The notes under the pieces: model-generated | Databases searched by the model: none | What the model saw: only the letters and a program-made list of their open reading frames with translations | What the model was told of the DNA's origin: nothing | Translations under genes and position numbers: made by a program | Part shown: in pieces, positions 37,547-49,130 of the stretch | How the letters are laid out: each line of letters starts with the position of its first letter | Position numbering within the stretch: the stretch's first letter is position 1 | From: a virus | Taxonomy: Duplodnaviria > Heunggongvirae > Uroviricota > Caudoviricetes | IMG/VR virus record: IMGVR_UViG_2718217859_000006 | Direction: 5' to 3' (one strand) | DNA: 50,414 bases

Positions 37547-38295
37547 ATCCCATGACAGAGACAGAATCAGCGATTCTGGCGCACGCCCGGCGATGTGCGC
37601 CAGCGGAGTCGTGCGGCTTCGTGGTGAGAACACCGGAGGGGGAAAGATATTTTCCCTGCGTGAATATCTCCGGTGAGCCGGAGGAGTATTTCCGGATGTC
37701 GCCGGAGGACTGGCTGCGGGCAGAGATGCAGGGTGAGATTGTGGCGCTGGTCCACAGCCACCCCGGTGGTCTGCCCTGGCTGAGTGAGACCGACCGGCGG
37801 CTGCAGGTGCAGAGTGATTTGCCGTGGTGGCTGGTTTGCCGGGGGGCGATTCACAAGTTCCGCTGTGTGCCACATCTTTCCGGGCGGCGCTTTGAGCACG
37901 GGGTGACGGACTGTTACACGCTGTTCCGGGATGCTTACCATCTGGCGGGGATTGAGATGCCGGATTTTCATCGCGAGGATGACTGGTGGCGTAACGGTCA
38001 GAATCTCTATCTGGATAATCTGGAGGCCACAGGGCTGTATCAGGTGCCGTTGTCAGCGGCGCAGCCGGGCGATGTGCTGCTGTGCTGTTTTGGTTCATCG
38101 GTGCCGAATCATGCCGCCATTTACTGTGGTGACAGCGAGCTGCTGCACCATATTCCTGAACAACTGAGCAAACGAGAGAGGTACACCGACAAATGGCAGC
38201 GACGCACACACTCCCTCTGGCGTCACCGGGAATGGCACGCATCTGCCTTTACGGGGATTTGCAACGATTTGGCCGCCGCATCGACCTTCGTGTGA
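37543..38295 (+). CDS. Tail assembly protein K (NlpC/P60 plus JAB/MPN-like domains), C-terminally extended
   Basis: JAMM-like motif VALVHSHPGG; NlpC/P60-like Cys-His region (GVTDCYTLFRDAYH, HAAIY); overlaps gene I by about 100 nt. Confidence 0.8.
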   Translation: MNPMTETESAILAHARRCAPAESCGFVVRTPEGERYFPCVNISGEPEEYFRMSPEDWLRAEMQGEIVALVHSHPGGLPWLSETDRRLQVQSDLPWWLVCRGAIHKFRCVPHLSGRRFEHGVTDCYTLFRDAYHLAGIEMPDFHREDDWWRNGQNLYLDNLEATGLYQVPLSAAQPGDVLLCCFGSSVPNHAAIYCGDSELLHHIPEQLSKRERYTDKWQRRTHSLWRHREWHASAFTGICNDLAAASTFV

Positions 38296-38864
38296 AAACG
38301 GGGGCTGAAGCCATCCGCGCACTGGCCACACAGCTCCCGGCGTTTCGTCAGAAACTGAGCGACGGCTGGTATCAGGTACGGATTGCCGGGCGGGACGTCA
38401 GCACGTCCGGGTTAACGGCGCAGTTACATGAGACTCTGCCTGACGGCGCTGTGATTCATATTGTTCCCAGAGTCGCCGGGGCCAAGTCAGGGGGCGTATT
38501 CCAGATTGTTCTGGGGGCTGCCGCCATTGCCGGATCATTCTTTACTGCCGGAGCCACCCTTGCAGCATGGGGGGCAGCCATTGGGGCCGGTGGTATGACC
38601 GGTATCCTGTTTTCTCTCGGTGCCAGTATGGTGCTCGGTGGTGTGGCGCAGATGCTGGCACCGAAAGCCAGGACGCCCACGGCAGCAAGTACAGATAACG
38701 GCAAACAGAACACCTATTTCTCCTCACTGGATAACATGGTTGCCCAGGGCAATGTTCTGCCCGTTCTGTACGGTGAAATGCGCGTGGGGTCGCGGGTGGT
38801 CTCTCAGGAGATCAGCACGGCAGACGAAGGGGATGGTGGTCAGGTTGTGGTGATTGGTCGCTGA
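38193..38864 (+). CDS. Tail assembly protein I
   Basis: 223 aa, the same length as lambda I; Gly/Ala-rich membrane-like central segment. Confidence 0.8.
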   Translation: MAATHTLPLASPGMARICLYGDLQRFGRRIDLRVKTGAEAIRALATQLPAFRQKLSDGWYQVRIAGRDVSTSGLTAQLHETLPDGAVIHIVPRVAGAKSGGVFQIVLGAAAIAGSFFTAGATLAAWGAAIGAGGMTGILFSLGASMVLGGVAQMLAPKARTPTAASTDNGKQNTYFSSLDNMVAQGNVLPVLYGEMRVGSRVVSQEISTADEGDGGQVVVIGR

Positions 38865-38923
38865 TGAAAAACGTTTATGTGAAACCGCCTCCGGGCGGTT
38901 TTGTCGTTTATGGAGCGTGAGGA

Positions 38924-41900
38924 ATGGGTAAAGGCAGCAGTAAGGGGCATACTCCGCGCGAAGCGAAGGACAACCTGAAGTCCACGCAGTTGCTGAGTGT
39001 GATCGATGCCATCAGCGAAGGGCCGATTGAAGGGCCGGTGGATGGATTAAAAAGCGTGCTGCTGAACAGTACGCCAGTGCTGGACAGTGAGGGGAATACC
39101 AACATCTCCGGCGTCACGGTGGTGTTCCGGGCCGGTGAGCAGGAGCAGACACCGCCAGAGGGATTTGAATCCTCCGGCTCCGAGACGGTGCTGGGTACGG
39201 AAGTGAAATACGACACGCCGATCACCCGGACCATCACGTCGGCAAACATTGACCGACTGCGTTTTACCTTCGGCGTGCAGGCACTGGTGGAAACCACCTC
39301 AAAGGGGGACAGGAATCCGTCGGAAGTCCGCCTGCTGGTTCAGATACAGCGTAATGGTGGCTGGGTGACGGAAAAAGACATCACCATTAAGGGCAAAACC
39401 ACCTCGCAGTATCTGGCCTCAGTGGTGGTGGGTAACCTGCCGCCGCGCCCGTTCAGTATACGGATGCGCAGGATGACGCCGGACAGCACCACAGACCAGC
39501 TGCAGAACAAAACGCTCTGGTCGTCATACACCGAAATCATCGATGTGAAACAGTGCTACCCGAACACGGCACTGGTCGGTGTGCAGGTGGACTCGGAGCA
39601 GTTCGGCAGCCAGCAGGTGAGCCGTAATTATCATCTGCGCGGGCGTATTCTGCAGGTGCCGTCGAATTATAACCCGCAGACGCGGCAATACAGCGGTATC
39701 TGGGACGGAACGTTTAAACCGGCATACAGCAACAACATGGCCTGGTGTCTGTGGGATATGCTGACCCATCCGCGCTACGGCATGGGGAAACGTCTTGGTG
39801 CGGCGGATGTGGATAAATGGGCGCTGTATGTCATCGGCCAGCATTGCGACCAGTCGGTGCCTGACGGCTTTGGTGGCACGGAGCCACGCATCACCTGTAA
39901 TGCTTACCTGACCACGCAGCGTAAGGCGTGGGATGTGCTCAGTGATTTCTGCTCGGCGATGCGCTGTATGCCGGTATGGAACGGGCAGACGCTGACGTTC
40001 GTGCAGGACCGGCCGTCGGATAAGGTGTGGACCTATAACCGCAGTAATGTGGTGATGCCGGATGACGGCGCGCCGTTCCGCTACAGCTTCAGCGCCCTGA
40101 AGGACCGCCATAATGCTGTTGAGGTGAACTGGATTGACCCGGACAACGGCTGGGAGACGGCGACAGAGCTTGTGGAGGACACGCAGGCCATTGCCCGTTA
40201 CGGTCGTAACGTCACGAAGATGGATGCCTTTGGCTGTACCAGCCGGGGGCAGGCACACCGCGCCGGGCTGTGGCTGATTAAAACGGAACTGCTGGAAACG
40301 CAGACCGTGGACTTCAGCGTGGGTGCCGAAGGGCTTCGCCATGTGCCGGGCGATATCATTGAAATCTGCGATGATGACTATGCGGGTATCAGCATCGGTG
40401 GTCGCGTGCTGGCGGTGAACAGCCAGACCCGGACGCTGACGCTCGACCGTGAAATCACGCTGCCATCCTCCGGCACCACGCTGATAAGCCTGGTTGACGG
40501 AAATGGCAATCCGGTCAGCGTGGAGGTTCAGTCCGTCACCGACGGCGTGAAGGTAAAAGTGAGCCGTGTTCCTGACGGCGTTGCCGGATACAGCGTGTGG
40601 GGGCTGAAGCTGCCGACGCTGCGCCAGCGACTGTTCCGCTGCGTGAGTATCCGTGAGAACGACGACGGCACGTATGCCATCACCGCCGTGCAGCATGTGC
40701 CGGAAAAAGAGGCCATCGTGGATAACGGGGCGCACTTTGACGGCGACCAGAGCGGCACGGTGAATGGTGTCACGCCGCCAGCGGTGCAGCACCTGACTGC
40801 CGAAGTCACCGCAGACAGCGGGGAATATCAGGTGCTGGCGCGATGGGACACACCGAAGGTGGTGAAGGGCGTGAGCTTCCTGCTCCGTCTGACCGTAACA
40901 GCGGGCGACGGCAGTGAGCGGCTGGTCAGCACGGCCCGGACGACGGAAACCACATACCGCTTCACACAACTGGCGTTGGGGAACTACAGGCTGACAGTCC
41001 GGGCGGTAAATGCGTGGGGACAGCAGGGCGATCCGGCATCGGTATCGTTCCGGATTGCCGCACCGGCAGCGCCGTCTCGGATTGAGCTGACACCGGGCTA
41101 TTTTCAGATAACCGCCACGCCGCATCTTGCGGTTTATGACCCGACGGTACAGTTTGAGTTCTGGTTCTCGGAAAAACGGATTGCTGGTATCAGGCAGGTT
41201 GAAACCACAGCGCGCTATCTTGGCACGGCGCTGTACTGGATAGCCGCCAGTATCAATATCAGGCCGGGCCATGATTATTATTTTTACGTTCGCAGTGTGA
41301 ACACCGTTGGCAAATCGGCATTCGTGGAGGCTGTTGGTCAGCCGAGTGATGATGCATCCGGCTATCTGGATTTTTTCAAAGGCGAGATAGGGAAAACCCA
41401 TCTGGCTCAGGAGCTGTGGACGCAGATTGATAACGGTCAGCTTGCGCCTGACCTGGCTGAAATCAGGACGTCCATTACGGATGTCAGCAATGAAATCACG
41501 CAGACCGTCAATAAGAAACTGGAAGACCAGAGTGCGGCAATTCAGCAGATACAGAAGGTTCAGGTTGATACAAATAATAACCTGAACAGCATGTGGGCTG
41601 TGAAGCTGCAGCAGATGCAGGACGGACGCCTTTATATCGCGGGTATTGGTGCCGGTATTGAGAACACCCCTGACGGCATGCAGAGTCAGGTGCTGCTGGC
41701 GGCGGACAGGATTGCGATGGTTAATCCTGCGAATGGCAACACAAAACCGATGTTTGTTGGTCAGGGCGATCAGATATTCATGAACGACGTGTTCCTGAAA
41801 CGCCTGACGGCCCCCACCATTACCAGCGGTGGAAATCCACCGGCATTTTCCCTGACACCGGACGGAAAGCTGACCGCTAAAAATGCGGATATCAGCGGTA

Positions 41901-42406
41901 ATGTGAATGCAAATTCAGGGACGCTCAACAATGTCACGATTAATGAAAACTGTCAGATTAAGGGGAAACTGTCAGCCAATCAGATTGAAGGCGATATTGT
42001 CAAAACGGTCAGCAAGTCTTTCCCCCGCACGAACAGTTATGCCAGTGGCACCATCACGGTAAGAATCAGTGATGATCAGAAATTTGACCGGCAGGTCATG
42101 ATACCGCCAGTGTTATTCCGCGGTGGTAAGCATGAGAATTTCAACAGTAATAACCAACAGTCATACTGGTATTCAACCTGCCGGTTAAGAGTGACCCGCA
42201 ATGGTCAGGAGATTTTTAATCAGTCCACGACGGATGCTCAGGGCGTATTTTCCTCAGTTATAGATATGCCTGCCGGACAGGGGACACTGACACTGACATT
42301 CACCGTATCTTCATCAGGAGCGAATAACTGGACACCAACAACCAGTATCAGCGATCTGCTGGTTGTGGTGATGAAGAAATCCACAGCAGGTATCAGTATC
42401 AGCTGA
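38924..42406 (+). CDS. Host specificity protein J (tail tip / central fibre)
   Basis: 1160 aa, lambda J-sized, immediately after I. Confidence 0.9.
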   Translation: MGKGSSKGHTPREAKDNLKSTQLLSVIDAISEGPIEGPVDGLKSVLLNSTPVLDSEGNTNISGVTVVFRAGEQEQTPPEGFESSGSETVLGTEVKYDTPITRTITSANIDRLRFTFGVQALVETTSKGDRNPSEVRLLVQIQRNGGWVTEKDITIKGKTTSQYLASVVVGNLPPRPFSIRMRRMTPDSTTDQLQNKTLWSSYTEIIDVKQCYPNTALVGVQVDSEQFGSQQVSRNYHLRGRILQVPSNYNPQTRQYSGIWDGTFKPAYSNNMAWCLWDMLTHPRYGMGKRLGAADVDKWALYVIGQHCDQSVPDGFGGTEPRITCNAYLTTQRKAWDVLSDFCSAMRCMPVWNGQTLTFVQDRPSDKVWTYNRSNVVMPDDGAPFRYSFSALKDRHNAVEVNWIDPDNGWETATELVEDTQAIARYGRNVTKMDAFGCTSRGQAHRAGLWLIKTELLETQTVDFSVGAEGLRHVPGDIIEICDDDYAGISIGGRVLAVNSQTRTLTLDREITLPSSGTTLISLVDGNGNPVSVEVQSVTDGVKVKVSRVPDGVAGYSVWGLKLPTLRQRLFRCVSIRENDDGTYAITAVQHVPEKEAIVDNGAHFDGDQSGTVNGVTPPAVQHLTAEVTADSGEYQVLARWDTPKVVKGVSFLLRLTVTAGDGSERLVSTARTTETTYRFTQLALGNYRLTVRAVNAWGQQGDPASVSFRIAAPAAPSRIELTPGYFQITATPHLAVYDPTVQFEFWFSEKRIAGIRQVETTARYLGTALYWIAASINIRPGHDYYFYVRSVNTVGKSAFVEAVGQPSDDASGYLDFFKGEIGKTHLAQELWTQIDNGQLAPDLAEIRTSITDVSNEITQTVNKKLEDQSAAIQQIQKVQVDTNNNLNSMWAVKLQQMQDGRLYIAGIGAGIENTPDGMQSQVLLAADRIAMVNPANGNTKPMFVGQGDQIFMNDVFLKRLTAPTITSGGNPPAFSLTPDGKLTAKNADISGNVNANSGTLNNVTINENCQIKGKLSANQIEGDIVKTVSKSFPRTNSYASGTITVRISDDQKFDRQVMIPPVLFRGGKHENFNSNNQQSYWYSTCRLRVTRNGQEIFNQSTTDAQGVFSSVIDMPAGQGTLTLTFTVSSSGANNWTPTTSISDLLVVVMKKSTAGISIS

Positions 42407-42423
42407 ATTTTATAACCCATAAC

Positions 42424-42447
42424 GGGCGTCAGAAATGACGCCTTTTT
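42424..42447 (+). terminator. Intrinsic terminator after J
   Basis: GGCGTCAGAAATGACGCC hairpin followed by TTTTTTATT. Confidence 0.6.
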
Positions 42448-42472
42448 TATTGCAGAAAAGCGAGAGGTAATT

Positions 42473-43072
42473 ATGCGTAAACTTTATGCCGCCATTTTGT
42501 CCGCAGCCATTTGTCTGGCCGTATCCGGTGCGCCTGCATGGGCGTCTGAACATCAGTCCACGCTGAGCGCGGGGTATCTTCATGCCTCGACGAACGTTCC
42601 CGGCAGCGATGATCTGAACGGGATTAACGTGAAATACCGTTATGAGTTTACGGACACACTGGGGATGGTGACGTCATTCAGCTATGCAGGAGACAAGAAT
42701 CGCCAGCTGACCCATTACAGCGATACCCGCTGGCATGAAGATTCCGTGCGTAACCGCTGGTTCAGCGTGATGGCGGGGCCGTCTGTGCGCGTGAATGAAT
42801 GGTTCAGCGCGTATGCGATGGCGGGTGTGGCTTACAGCCGTGTGTCGACTTTCTCCGGGGATTATCTTCGCGTAACTGACAACAAGGGGAAAACGCACGA
42901 TGTACTGACCGGAAGTGATGACGGTCGCCACAGCAACACGTCTCTGGCGTGGGGAGCTGGCGTGCAGTTTAACCCGACCGAATCCGTGGCCATTGATATT
43001 GCTTATGAAGGCTCCGGCAGTGGCGACTGGCGCACTGACGGTTTCATCGTGGGTGTCGGTTATAAGTTCTGA
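42473..43072 (+). CDS. lom: Lom/Ail-family outer-membrane beta-barrel protein
   Basis: 199 aa with signal peptide (MRKLYAAILSAAICLAVSGAPAWA) and C-terminal GVGYKF; own terminator at about 43097-43124. Confidence 0.9.
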   Translation: MRKLYAAILSAAICLAVSGAPAWASEHQSTLSAGYLHASTNVPGSDDLNGINVKYRYEFTDTLGMVTSFSYAGDKNRQLTHYSDTRWHEDSVRNRWFSVMAGPSVRVNEWFSAYAMAGVAYSRVSTFSGDYLRVTDNKGKTHDVLTGSDDGRHSNTSLAWGAGVQFNPTESVAIDIAYEGSGSGDWRTDGFIVGVGYKF

Positions 43073-43130
43073 TTAGCCAGGTAACACAGTGTTATGACAG
43101 CCCGCCGGTTCAGGCGGGCTTTTTTGTGGG

Positions 43131-46100
43131 GTGAATATGGCAGTAAAGATTTCAGGTGTACTGAAAGACGGCACAGGAAAACCGGTACAGAACTGCACAA
43201 TCCAGCTGAAAGCAAAACGTAACAGCACCACGGTGGTGGTGAACACGCTGGCCTCAGAAAATCCGGATGAAGCCGGGCGTTACAGCATGGACGTTGAGTA
43301 CGGTCAGTACAGCGTTATTCTGTTGGTGGAGGGATTCCCGCCGTCACATGCCGGGACCATCACCGTGTATGAAGATTCCCGACCCGGTACGCTGAATGAT
43401 TTTCTCGGTGCCATGACGGAGGATGATGCCCGTCCGGAGGCTCTGCGCCGTTTTGAACTGATGGTGGAAGAGGTGGCGCGTAACGCGTCCGCGGTGGCAC
43501 AGAACACGGCAGCCGCGAAGAAGTCAGCCAGCGATGCCAGCACATCAGCCCGTGAGGCGGCAACCCATGCGACTGATGCTGCGGACTCAGCACGCGCAGC
43601 CAGCACGTCAGCCGGACAGGCCGCGTCGTCGGCTCAGTCAGCGTCTTCCAGCGCAGGAACGGCATCAACAAAGGCCACTGAAGCATCAAAAAGTGCTGCC
43701 GCTGCAGAGTCCTCAAAAAGCGCGGCGGCCACCAGTGCCGGTGCGGCGAAAACGTCAGAAACGAATGCGGCAGCGTCACAACAATCAGCCGCCACTTCTG
43801 CATCCACCGCGACCACGAAAGCGTCAGAAGCTGCCTCCTCAGCCAGGGATGCGTCGGCTTCAAAAGAGGCGGCAAAATCATCAGAAACGAGCGCAGCCTC
43901 GAGCGCCAGTAGTTCCGCTTCCTCGGCAACGGCGGCAGGCAATTCCGCGAAAGCGGCAAAAACGTCCGAGACGAACGCTAAGTCTTCTGAAACGGCAGTG
44001 GAACAGAGTGCCTCCGCAGCAGCAGGCTCAAAAACAGCGGCTGCGTCGTCTGCCAGTGCCGCGTCAACAAGTGCCGGGCAGGCCTCAGCCAGTGCCACCG
44101 CCGCCGGAAAATCGGCAGAAAGCGCCGCATCATCCGCTTCAACAGCCACAACGAAGGCTGGCGAAGCCACTGAGCAGGCCACGGCAGCAGCGAGGACAGC
44201 TTCCGCAGCGAAGACATCCGAAACGAACGCGAAAGCGTCGGAAACCCGTGCAGAATCCTCAAAAACGGCAGCGGCATCGTCCGCCAGTTCGGCGGCGTCA
44301 TCGGCATCATCGGCGTCTGCTTCAAAAGATGAGGCGACCAGACAGGCGTCAGCAGCGAAGGGCAGCGCCACGACGGCATCCACGAAAGCAACAGAGGCAG
44401 CTGGTAGTGCGACGGCAGCAGCTCAGAGCAAAAGTACGGCGGAATCTGCAGCAACGCGCGCCGAGACAGCGGCAAAACGGGCAGAGGATATTGCATCCGC
44501 CGTGGCGCTTGAGGATGCGAGCACGACGAAAAAGGGAATAGTACAGCTCAGCAGTGCGACCAACAGCACGTCTGAAACGCTGGCGGCAACGCCAAAGGCA
44601 GTAAAAGCAGCCTATGACAATGCAGAGAAACGTCTGCAGAAAGACCAGAACGGTGCTGATATTCCCGACAAGGACCGCTTCCTGAGTAACATTAATGTTT
44701 ACAGCAAAGGTGAAGTGGATCAGAAAAAGGGGATGCGATACGTTGTGGTAAATGCCCCGGCGGGTGTCCAGGAAGGTAAATATTATCCGTTAGTGATAAA
44801 AAGGAATGACAGCCATCGGGCATCCCGCGTTGTCATTTCAACGCCAAGTCGCTCAGCTAATCACAGAATGAATAATTGTGAGTTTAATGGTTTTGTTTGC
44901 GCAGGCGGCTGGACGGACCGGGGTAGCTATGCCTGTGGTATGTTCTGGGCTTATTCAACATCGGAACGCGCTATTCATTCCATTCTGATGAGTAATAAAG
45001 GCGATACCGTAGACAGCGTATTCTATATAGAAGGTGGGGCATTTCCCGTAGAGGTCTTTTTAGAAGAAGGTCTCTCCGTTACTGCACCTGCTTCTGATTA
45101 TATTGTTGCTGAAACGACTTATAAATTTGGCGCAACTGATCCTTATTCTGAATCAGTTGCGGTAAATTTAATTTTAGATTTTAAACAAGGTAATGGATTT
45201 TATAGTTCGTATCCTGTTTTGAGTAAGTCAGACATTAGCGGGAATAAGATTTACGCTAATGATGAAGTTATTGTCCGTAGTCAGAACGCGTTAAGGATGA
45301 TTGCAGGTGATTACGGTGTCATATGGCGAAATGATGGAGCAAATACTTACTTGCTCATGACTGATAAAGGCGACCAGTACGGTGGCTGGAACGGTCTTCG
45401 ACCATTTGCAGTAAATAACGCAACAGGTGAAGTGACGATCAATACACCACTTAATTCTCCTAAGGGGATTAAGGGAAATTCTGATACAGCTACGAAACTT
45501 CAGACAGCAATAAAAATATCTGGTGTTTCGTTTGATGGTTCTACTGATATCACTTTAACCGCTGCGCATGTTGCTGCTTTTGCCAGAAGAGCAACGGATA
45601 CGTATGCCGATGCGGATGGGGGCGTTCCATGGAATGCCGAATCAGGCGCTTACAATGTCACCCGCTCTGGCGACAGCTATATTCTGGTTAACTTCTATAC
45701 CGGAGTCGGAAGTTGCCGGACCTTGCAGATGAAGGCACATTACAGAAATGGAGGTCTGTTCTACCGTTCCTCAAGAGATGGCTATGGTTTTGAGGAAGAC
45801 TGGGCAGAAGTTTATACCTCGAAAAATCTTCCACCAGAAAGCTACCCAGTCGGCGCACCAATCCCGTGGCCATCAGATACCGTTCCGTCTGGTTATGCCC
45901 TGATGCAGGGGCAGGCTTTTGACAAATCTGCATACCCGAAACTTGCAGCGGCTTATCCGTCAGGCGTGATCCCTGATATGCGTGGCTGGACGATTAAGGG
46001 CAAACCTGCCAGTGGTCGGGCCGTATTGTCTCAGGAACAGGACGGCATTAAATCGCATACCCACAGCGCCAGCGCATCCAGTACGGATTTGGGGACGAAA

Positions 46101-46532
46101 ACCACATCGTCGTTTGATTACGGCACTAAATCCACGAATAACACTGGTGCGCATACCCATAGTTTAAGTGGCAGCACGAATGCAGCTGGTAATCACAGCC
46201 ATAGAGATGGCCGTCGATTTAACCCCAGTGTTTTTAAAGATACTTATCAATATGGTTATACAAGCTCAGGTCAAAATACCTGGGGTGTACAAGGCTCAGT
46301 AGGTATGTCTACGGGGTGGTTAGCTAATACCAGTACAGATGGTAATCATAGCCACTCACTGTCCGGCACAGCAGCATCTGCAGGTGCACACGCGCATACT
46401 GTCGGTATTGGTGCTCATACGCACTCCGTTGCGATTGGTTCACATGGACACACCATCACCGTTAACGCTGCTGGTAACGCGGAAAACACCGTCAAAAACA
46501 TCGCATTTAACTATATTGTGAGGCTTGCATAA
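43131..46532 (+). CDS. stfQ: Side tail fibre protein with Ala/Ser-rich repeat shaft and His-x-His repeat C-terminal tip
   Basis: 1133 aa; about 330 aa of repeats ([19 protein letters not shown]); C-terminal HTHS, NHSH, AHAH, AHTH, SHGH repeats; followed by a tfa gene. Confidence 0.9.
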   Translation: MNMAVKISGVLKDGTGKPVQNCTIQLKAKRNSTTVVVNTLASENPDEAGRYSMDVEYGQYSVILLVEGFPPSHAGTITVYEDSRPGTLNDFLGAMTEDDARPEALRRFELMVEEVARNASAVAQNTAAAKKSASDASTSAREAATHATDAADSARAASTSAGQAASSAQSASSSAGTASTKATEASKSAAAAESSKSAAATSAGAAKTSETNAAASQQSAATSASTATTKASEAASSARDASASKEAAKSSETSAASSASSSASSATAAGNSAKAAKTSETNAKSSETAVEQSASAAAGSKTAAASSASAASTSAGQASASATAAGKSAESAASSASTATTKAGEATEQATAAARTASAAKTSETNAKASETRAESSKTAAASSASSAASSASSASASKDEATRQASAAKGSATTASTKATEAAGSATAAAQSKSTAESAATRAETAAKRAEDIASAVALEDASTTKKGIVQLSSATNSTSETLAATPKAVKAAYDNAEKRLQKDQNGADIPDKDRFLSNINVYSKGEVDQKKGMRYVVVNAPAGVQEGKYYPLVIKRNDSHRASRVVISTPSRSANHRMNNCEFNGFVCAGGWTDRGSYACGMFWAYSTSERAIHSILMSNKGDTVDSVFYIEGGAFPVEVFLEEGLSVTAPASDYIVAETTYKFGATDPYSESVAVNLILDFKQGNGFYSSYPVLSKSDISGNKIYANDEVIVRSQNALRMIAGDYGVIWRNDGANTYLLMTDKGDQYGGWNGLRPFAVNNATGEVTINTPLNSPKGIKGNSDTATKLQTAIKISGVSFDGSTDITLTAAHVAAFARRATDTYADADGGVPWNAESGAYNVTRSGDSYILVNFYTGVGSCRTLQMKAHYRNGGLFYRSSRDGYGFEEDWAEVYTSKNLPPESYPVGAPIPWPSDTVPSGYALMQGQAFDKSAYPKLAAAYPSGVIPDMRGWTIKGKPASGRAVLSQEQDGIKSHTHSASASSTDLGTKTTSSFDYGTKSTNNTGAHTHSLSGSTNAAGNHSHRDGRRFNPSVFKDTYQYGYTSSGQNTWGVQGSVGMSTGWLANTSTDGNHSHSLSGTAASAGAHAHTVGIGAHTHSVAIGSHGHTITVNAAGNAENTVKNIAFNYIVRLA

Positions 46533-47107
46533 TGGCATTCAGAATGAGTGAACAATCACGGACCATAAAAATTTATAATCTGCTGGCCGGAACTAATGAA
46601 TTTATTGGTGAAGGTGATGCATATATTCCGCCTCATACAGGTCTGCCAGCAAACAGTACCGATATTGCACCGCCAGATATTCCGGCAGGCTTCGTGGCTG
46701 TTTTCAACAGTGATGAGTCATCGTGGCATCTCGTTGAAGATCATCGGGGTAAAACGGTTTATGACGTGGCTTCCGGCGACGCGTTATTTATTTCTGAACT
46801 CGGTCCGTTACCGGAAAATGTTACCTGGTTATCGCCGGAAGGAGAGTTTCAGAAGAGGAACGGCACAGCCTGGGTGAAGGATACGGAAGCAGAAAAACTG
46901 TTCCGGATCCGGGAGGCGGAAGAAACAAAAAACAACCTGATGCAGGTAGCCAGTGAGCATATTGCGCCGCTTCAGGATGCTGCAGATCTGGAAATTGCAA
47001 CGGAGGAAGAAATCTCGTTGCTGGAAGCATGGAAAAAGTATCGGGTATTGCTGAACCGTGTTGATACGTCAACTTCACAGGATATTGAATGGCCAGCACT
47101 GCCGTAG
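46532..47107 (+). CDS. tfaQ: Tail fibre assembly protein (Tfa)
   Basis: 191 aa; start overlaps the stf stop (ATGG/TAATGG); typical Tfa position. Confidence 0.85.
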   Translation: MAFRMSEQSRTIKIYNLLAGTNEFIGEGDAYIPPHTGLPANSTDIAPPDIPAGFVAVFNSDESSWHLVEDHRGKTVYDVASGDALFISELGPLPENVTWLSPEGEFQKRNGTAWVKDTEAEKLFRIREAEETKNNLMQVASEHIAPLQDAADLEIATEEEISLLEAWKKYRVLLNRVDTSTSQDIEWPALP

Positions 47108-47204
47108 GGTAAAACATATAAATTCTATAATTAGATGTATCTTTCCATTTACGGCAAGGAAGGGGGCTTGGAAGACGTAAAGCATCTCACACCGAGATTA
47201 TTTT

Positions 47205-47795
47205 TTATATGTCAGGTGTCTGAAGTTTTGCTTTGGCTCTTAAAATGGTTTGCCGCGAGGTTTTGAATTCCCGGGCAATGGCACTTATACTTACACCTGA
47301 CTTAATTCGTTCGAATACCACCTGTTTCTGTTCTTCATTTAACACAGGTGGTCGACCAAAACGTTTCCCTGCGCCGCGGGCTCTTACTATCCCGGAATGA
47401 GTGCGTTCAAGTAAAAGGTCTCGTTCAAATTCAGCGACTGCTGAAATTACTTGCATCATCATTTTTCCTGTTGGACTGGTCAGGTCAATGCCCCCCAATG
47501 CTAAGCAATGCACTCTGATACCTGTTTCGGTCAGTTGTTCCACTGTTTTCCTGATATCCATTGCATTACAACCAAGGCGATCCAGTTTTGTCACAATCAA
47601 TTGATCACCACATTTCAGGCGAGCAAGCAACCGGTTAAAACCAGGACGCTCACTGGTTGCTGCTGAGCCGCTAATGTGTTCTTCGATTATTTGCTGAGGT
47701 TTGATTTTAAAACCTGCACTTTCGATTTCCCGGCGTTGATTTTCGGTGGTCTGATCCAGCGTTGATATCCGACAGTAAGCAAAAATTTGAGACAT
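47205..47795 (-). CDS. pinQ: Serine DNA invertase (Gin/Hin/Pin family)
   Basis: 196 aa [20 protein letters not shown]... with catalytic Ser in the CRIST motif and C-terminal HTH ([17 protein letters not shown]). Confidence 0.9.
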   Translation of the reverse strand: MSQIFAYCRISTLDQTTENQRREIESAGFKIKPQQIIEEHISGSAATSERPGFNRLLARLKCGDQLIVTKLDRLGCNAMDIRKTVEQLTETGIRVHCLALGGIDLTSPTGKMMMQVISAVAEFERDLLLERTHSGIVRARGAGKRFGRPPVLNEEQKQVVFERIKSGVSISAIAREFKTSRQTILRAKAKLQTPDI

Positions 47796-48111
47796 AGTGA
47801 GACTCTATACGAAATTGGTGTTCATATCATAATGCATCTCAGAAAATAATTATGATTATTTTTGTGCATATTTGTATGTACACGTTCGAAAATAAACGAA
47901 TGCGTATGCAACCCCGTAATTTTGGTGAGACCCAAAATCGATTTTGTGAAAAATGGCTTTAACTCGGTTTGTTTTTCGAGTTCCGGGCGGACTCAAGGAA
48001 GAAGAATAGTGTTGCGTGTTATTTTAACCAGATTTCAAGTTGTTTGGTCGTGGAAAAGTGGAGCAAAATGTTGTTAAAGTGGAAAAATGATAAAAAAGTA
48101 AGTTTATTATA

Positions 48112-48345
48112 TTACATTTTACCATTTAAATTTTGGTTGTCTTTAAGAACTGATATCGCTGTTTGTAATAATTCTTTGTTATCCAGCCATGATTTTTTCT
48201 TTATGTTTCCTTCAATGTAATCAAGCAATGTTCTGGTATTGATAGGTCTTCCCTGTTTTGCTACTTCCACTACAGCATCCCCTAGGATAATTCTTACTTC
48301 AGGAAGCTGCGCAGGGAACCACTTTAGGGTGTCTTTTGATTTCAT
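48112..48345 (-). CDS. ydfK: YdfK/YnaE-like small protein
   Basis: 77 aa from internal Met MKSKDTLKWFPAQLPEVRIILGDAVVEVAKQGRPINTRTLL... Confidence 0.75.
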   Translation of the reverse strand: MKSKDTLKWFPAQLPEVRIILGDAVVEVAKQGRPINTRTLLDYIEGNIKKKSWLDNKELLQTAISVLKDNQNLNGKM

Positions 48346-49130
48346 GAAGATATTCCTTAAAATATTATTGATTTTCATTGCGATATTGTATGTCTGATTC
48401 AGGATATGTTGACTTATACATCGGTTTTATCTGGGTTATTGGATATGCCAATCCCTAATTTTATTAGGGCATGACTAAAAATGCTGAATATGATAAGGAG
48501 AGATGTGATTATCAGTATGCTGTTCATATAGCCTCGAATTAGTAATGTGTTATATATGATATAGTTGACAATTTTTATCTTGGGTGTTCTTAAAGTTCGT
48601 AGATAAACATTGTCGTTTCAGGTATACAGGAATGCTAACAGGTGGCAGCAAAAATCAGGCGGTTTATGGCGCAAACTGAAGCGGCAACTGCAAACTATCT
48701 TATGCAGAGACTCTACACGGATTGGGTTTAAAAGTATACATAGATAACAGTTTTTATCTGAAAAAGAAAAATATCAAGGTGATATAGCCTATATGCCTTT
48801 GATGCGGAGGAATGAATGTGATGGGAGTGATGTATCTGAATAGTTGAAAAACCGCAGACACGCCTTATGCAAGAACGTGCTGCGGTTGGCTGGTAAATTT
48901 TTCGATAGTGTGAGTATTGAATGATTTCCAGCCGTTCTTGATTTTACGCATAAATCCATGAAAAAACTACTTATCTGTTGGGGAGTTTTTTTGGGGCATA
49001 TATGGGACAGAAATAGGCCCCAGATAGACACTGAGATCGAACTTAGGATGCTTTTTAAAAAATGCAACTATCTGAAAAAACCTAGAAAACGCCAAGGAAA
49101 CCACAGGATGGGAAAAAACACCTGTGAATT

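Noticed and set aside
39524-41401. 625-aa minus-strand ORF (plus a 93-aa one at 40528-40809) inside J
   Set aside because: Antisense to a well-supported, lambda-sized J gene; Arg/Pro/His-rich and typical of an open reverse frame in GC-rich coding DNA.
43304-44541. Several long ORFs on both strands overlapping the stf repeat region (including 43534-44541 plus strand and 43634-44383 minus strand)
   Set aside because: Alternative frames of the Ala/Ser-rich repeat; extreme composition (poly-Arg/Pro/Gln or poly-Ala/Asp) and no start signals.
48379-49130. AT-rich 750-bp stretch with small ORFs (48789-49067 minus, 48958-49167 plus) before ydfJ
   Set aside because: No SDs and low-complexity products; more likely prophage-end non-coding DNA containing the att junction.
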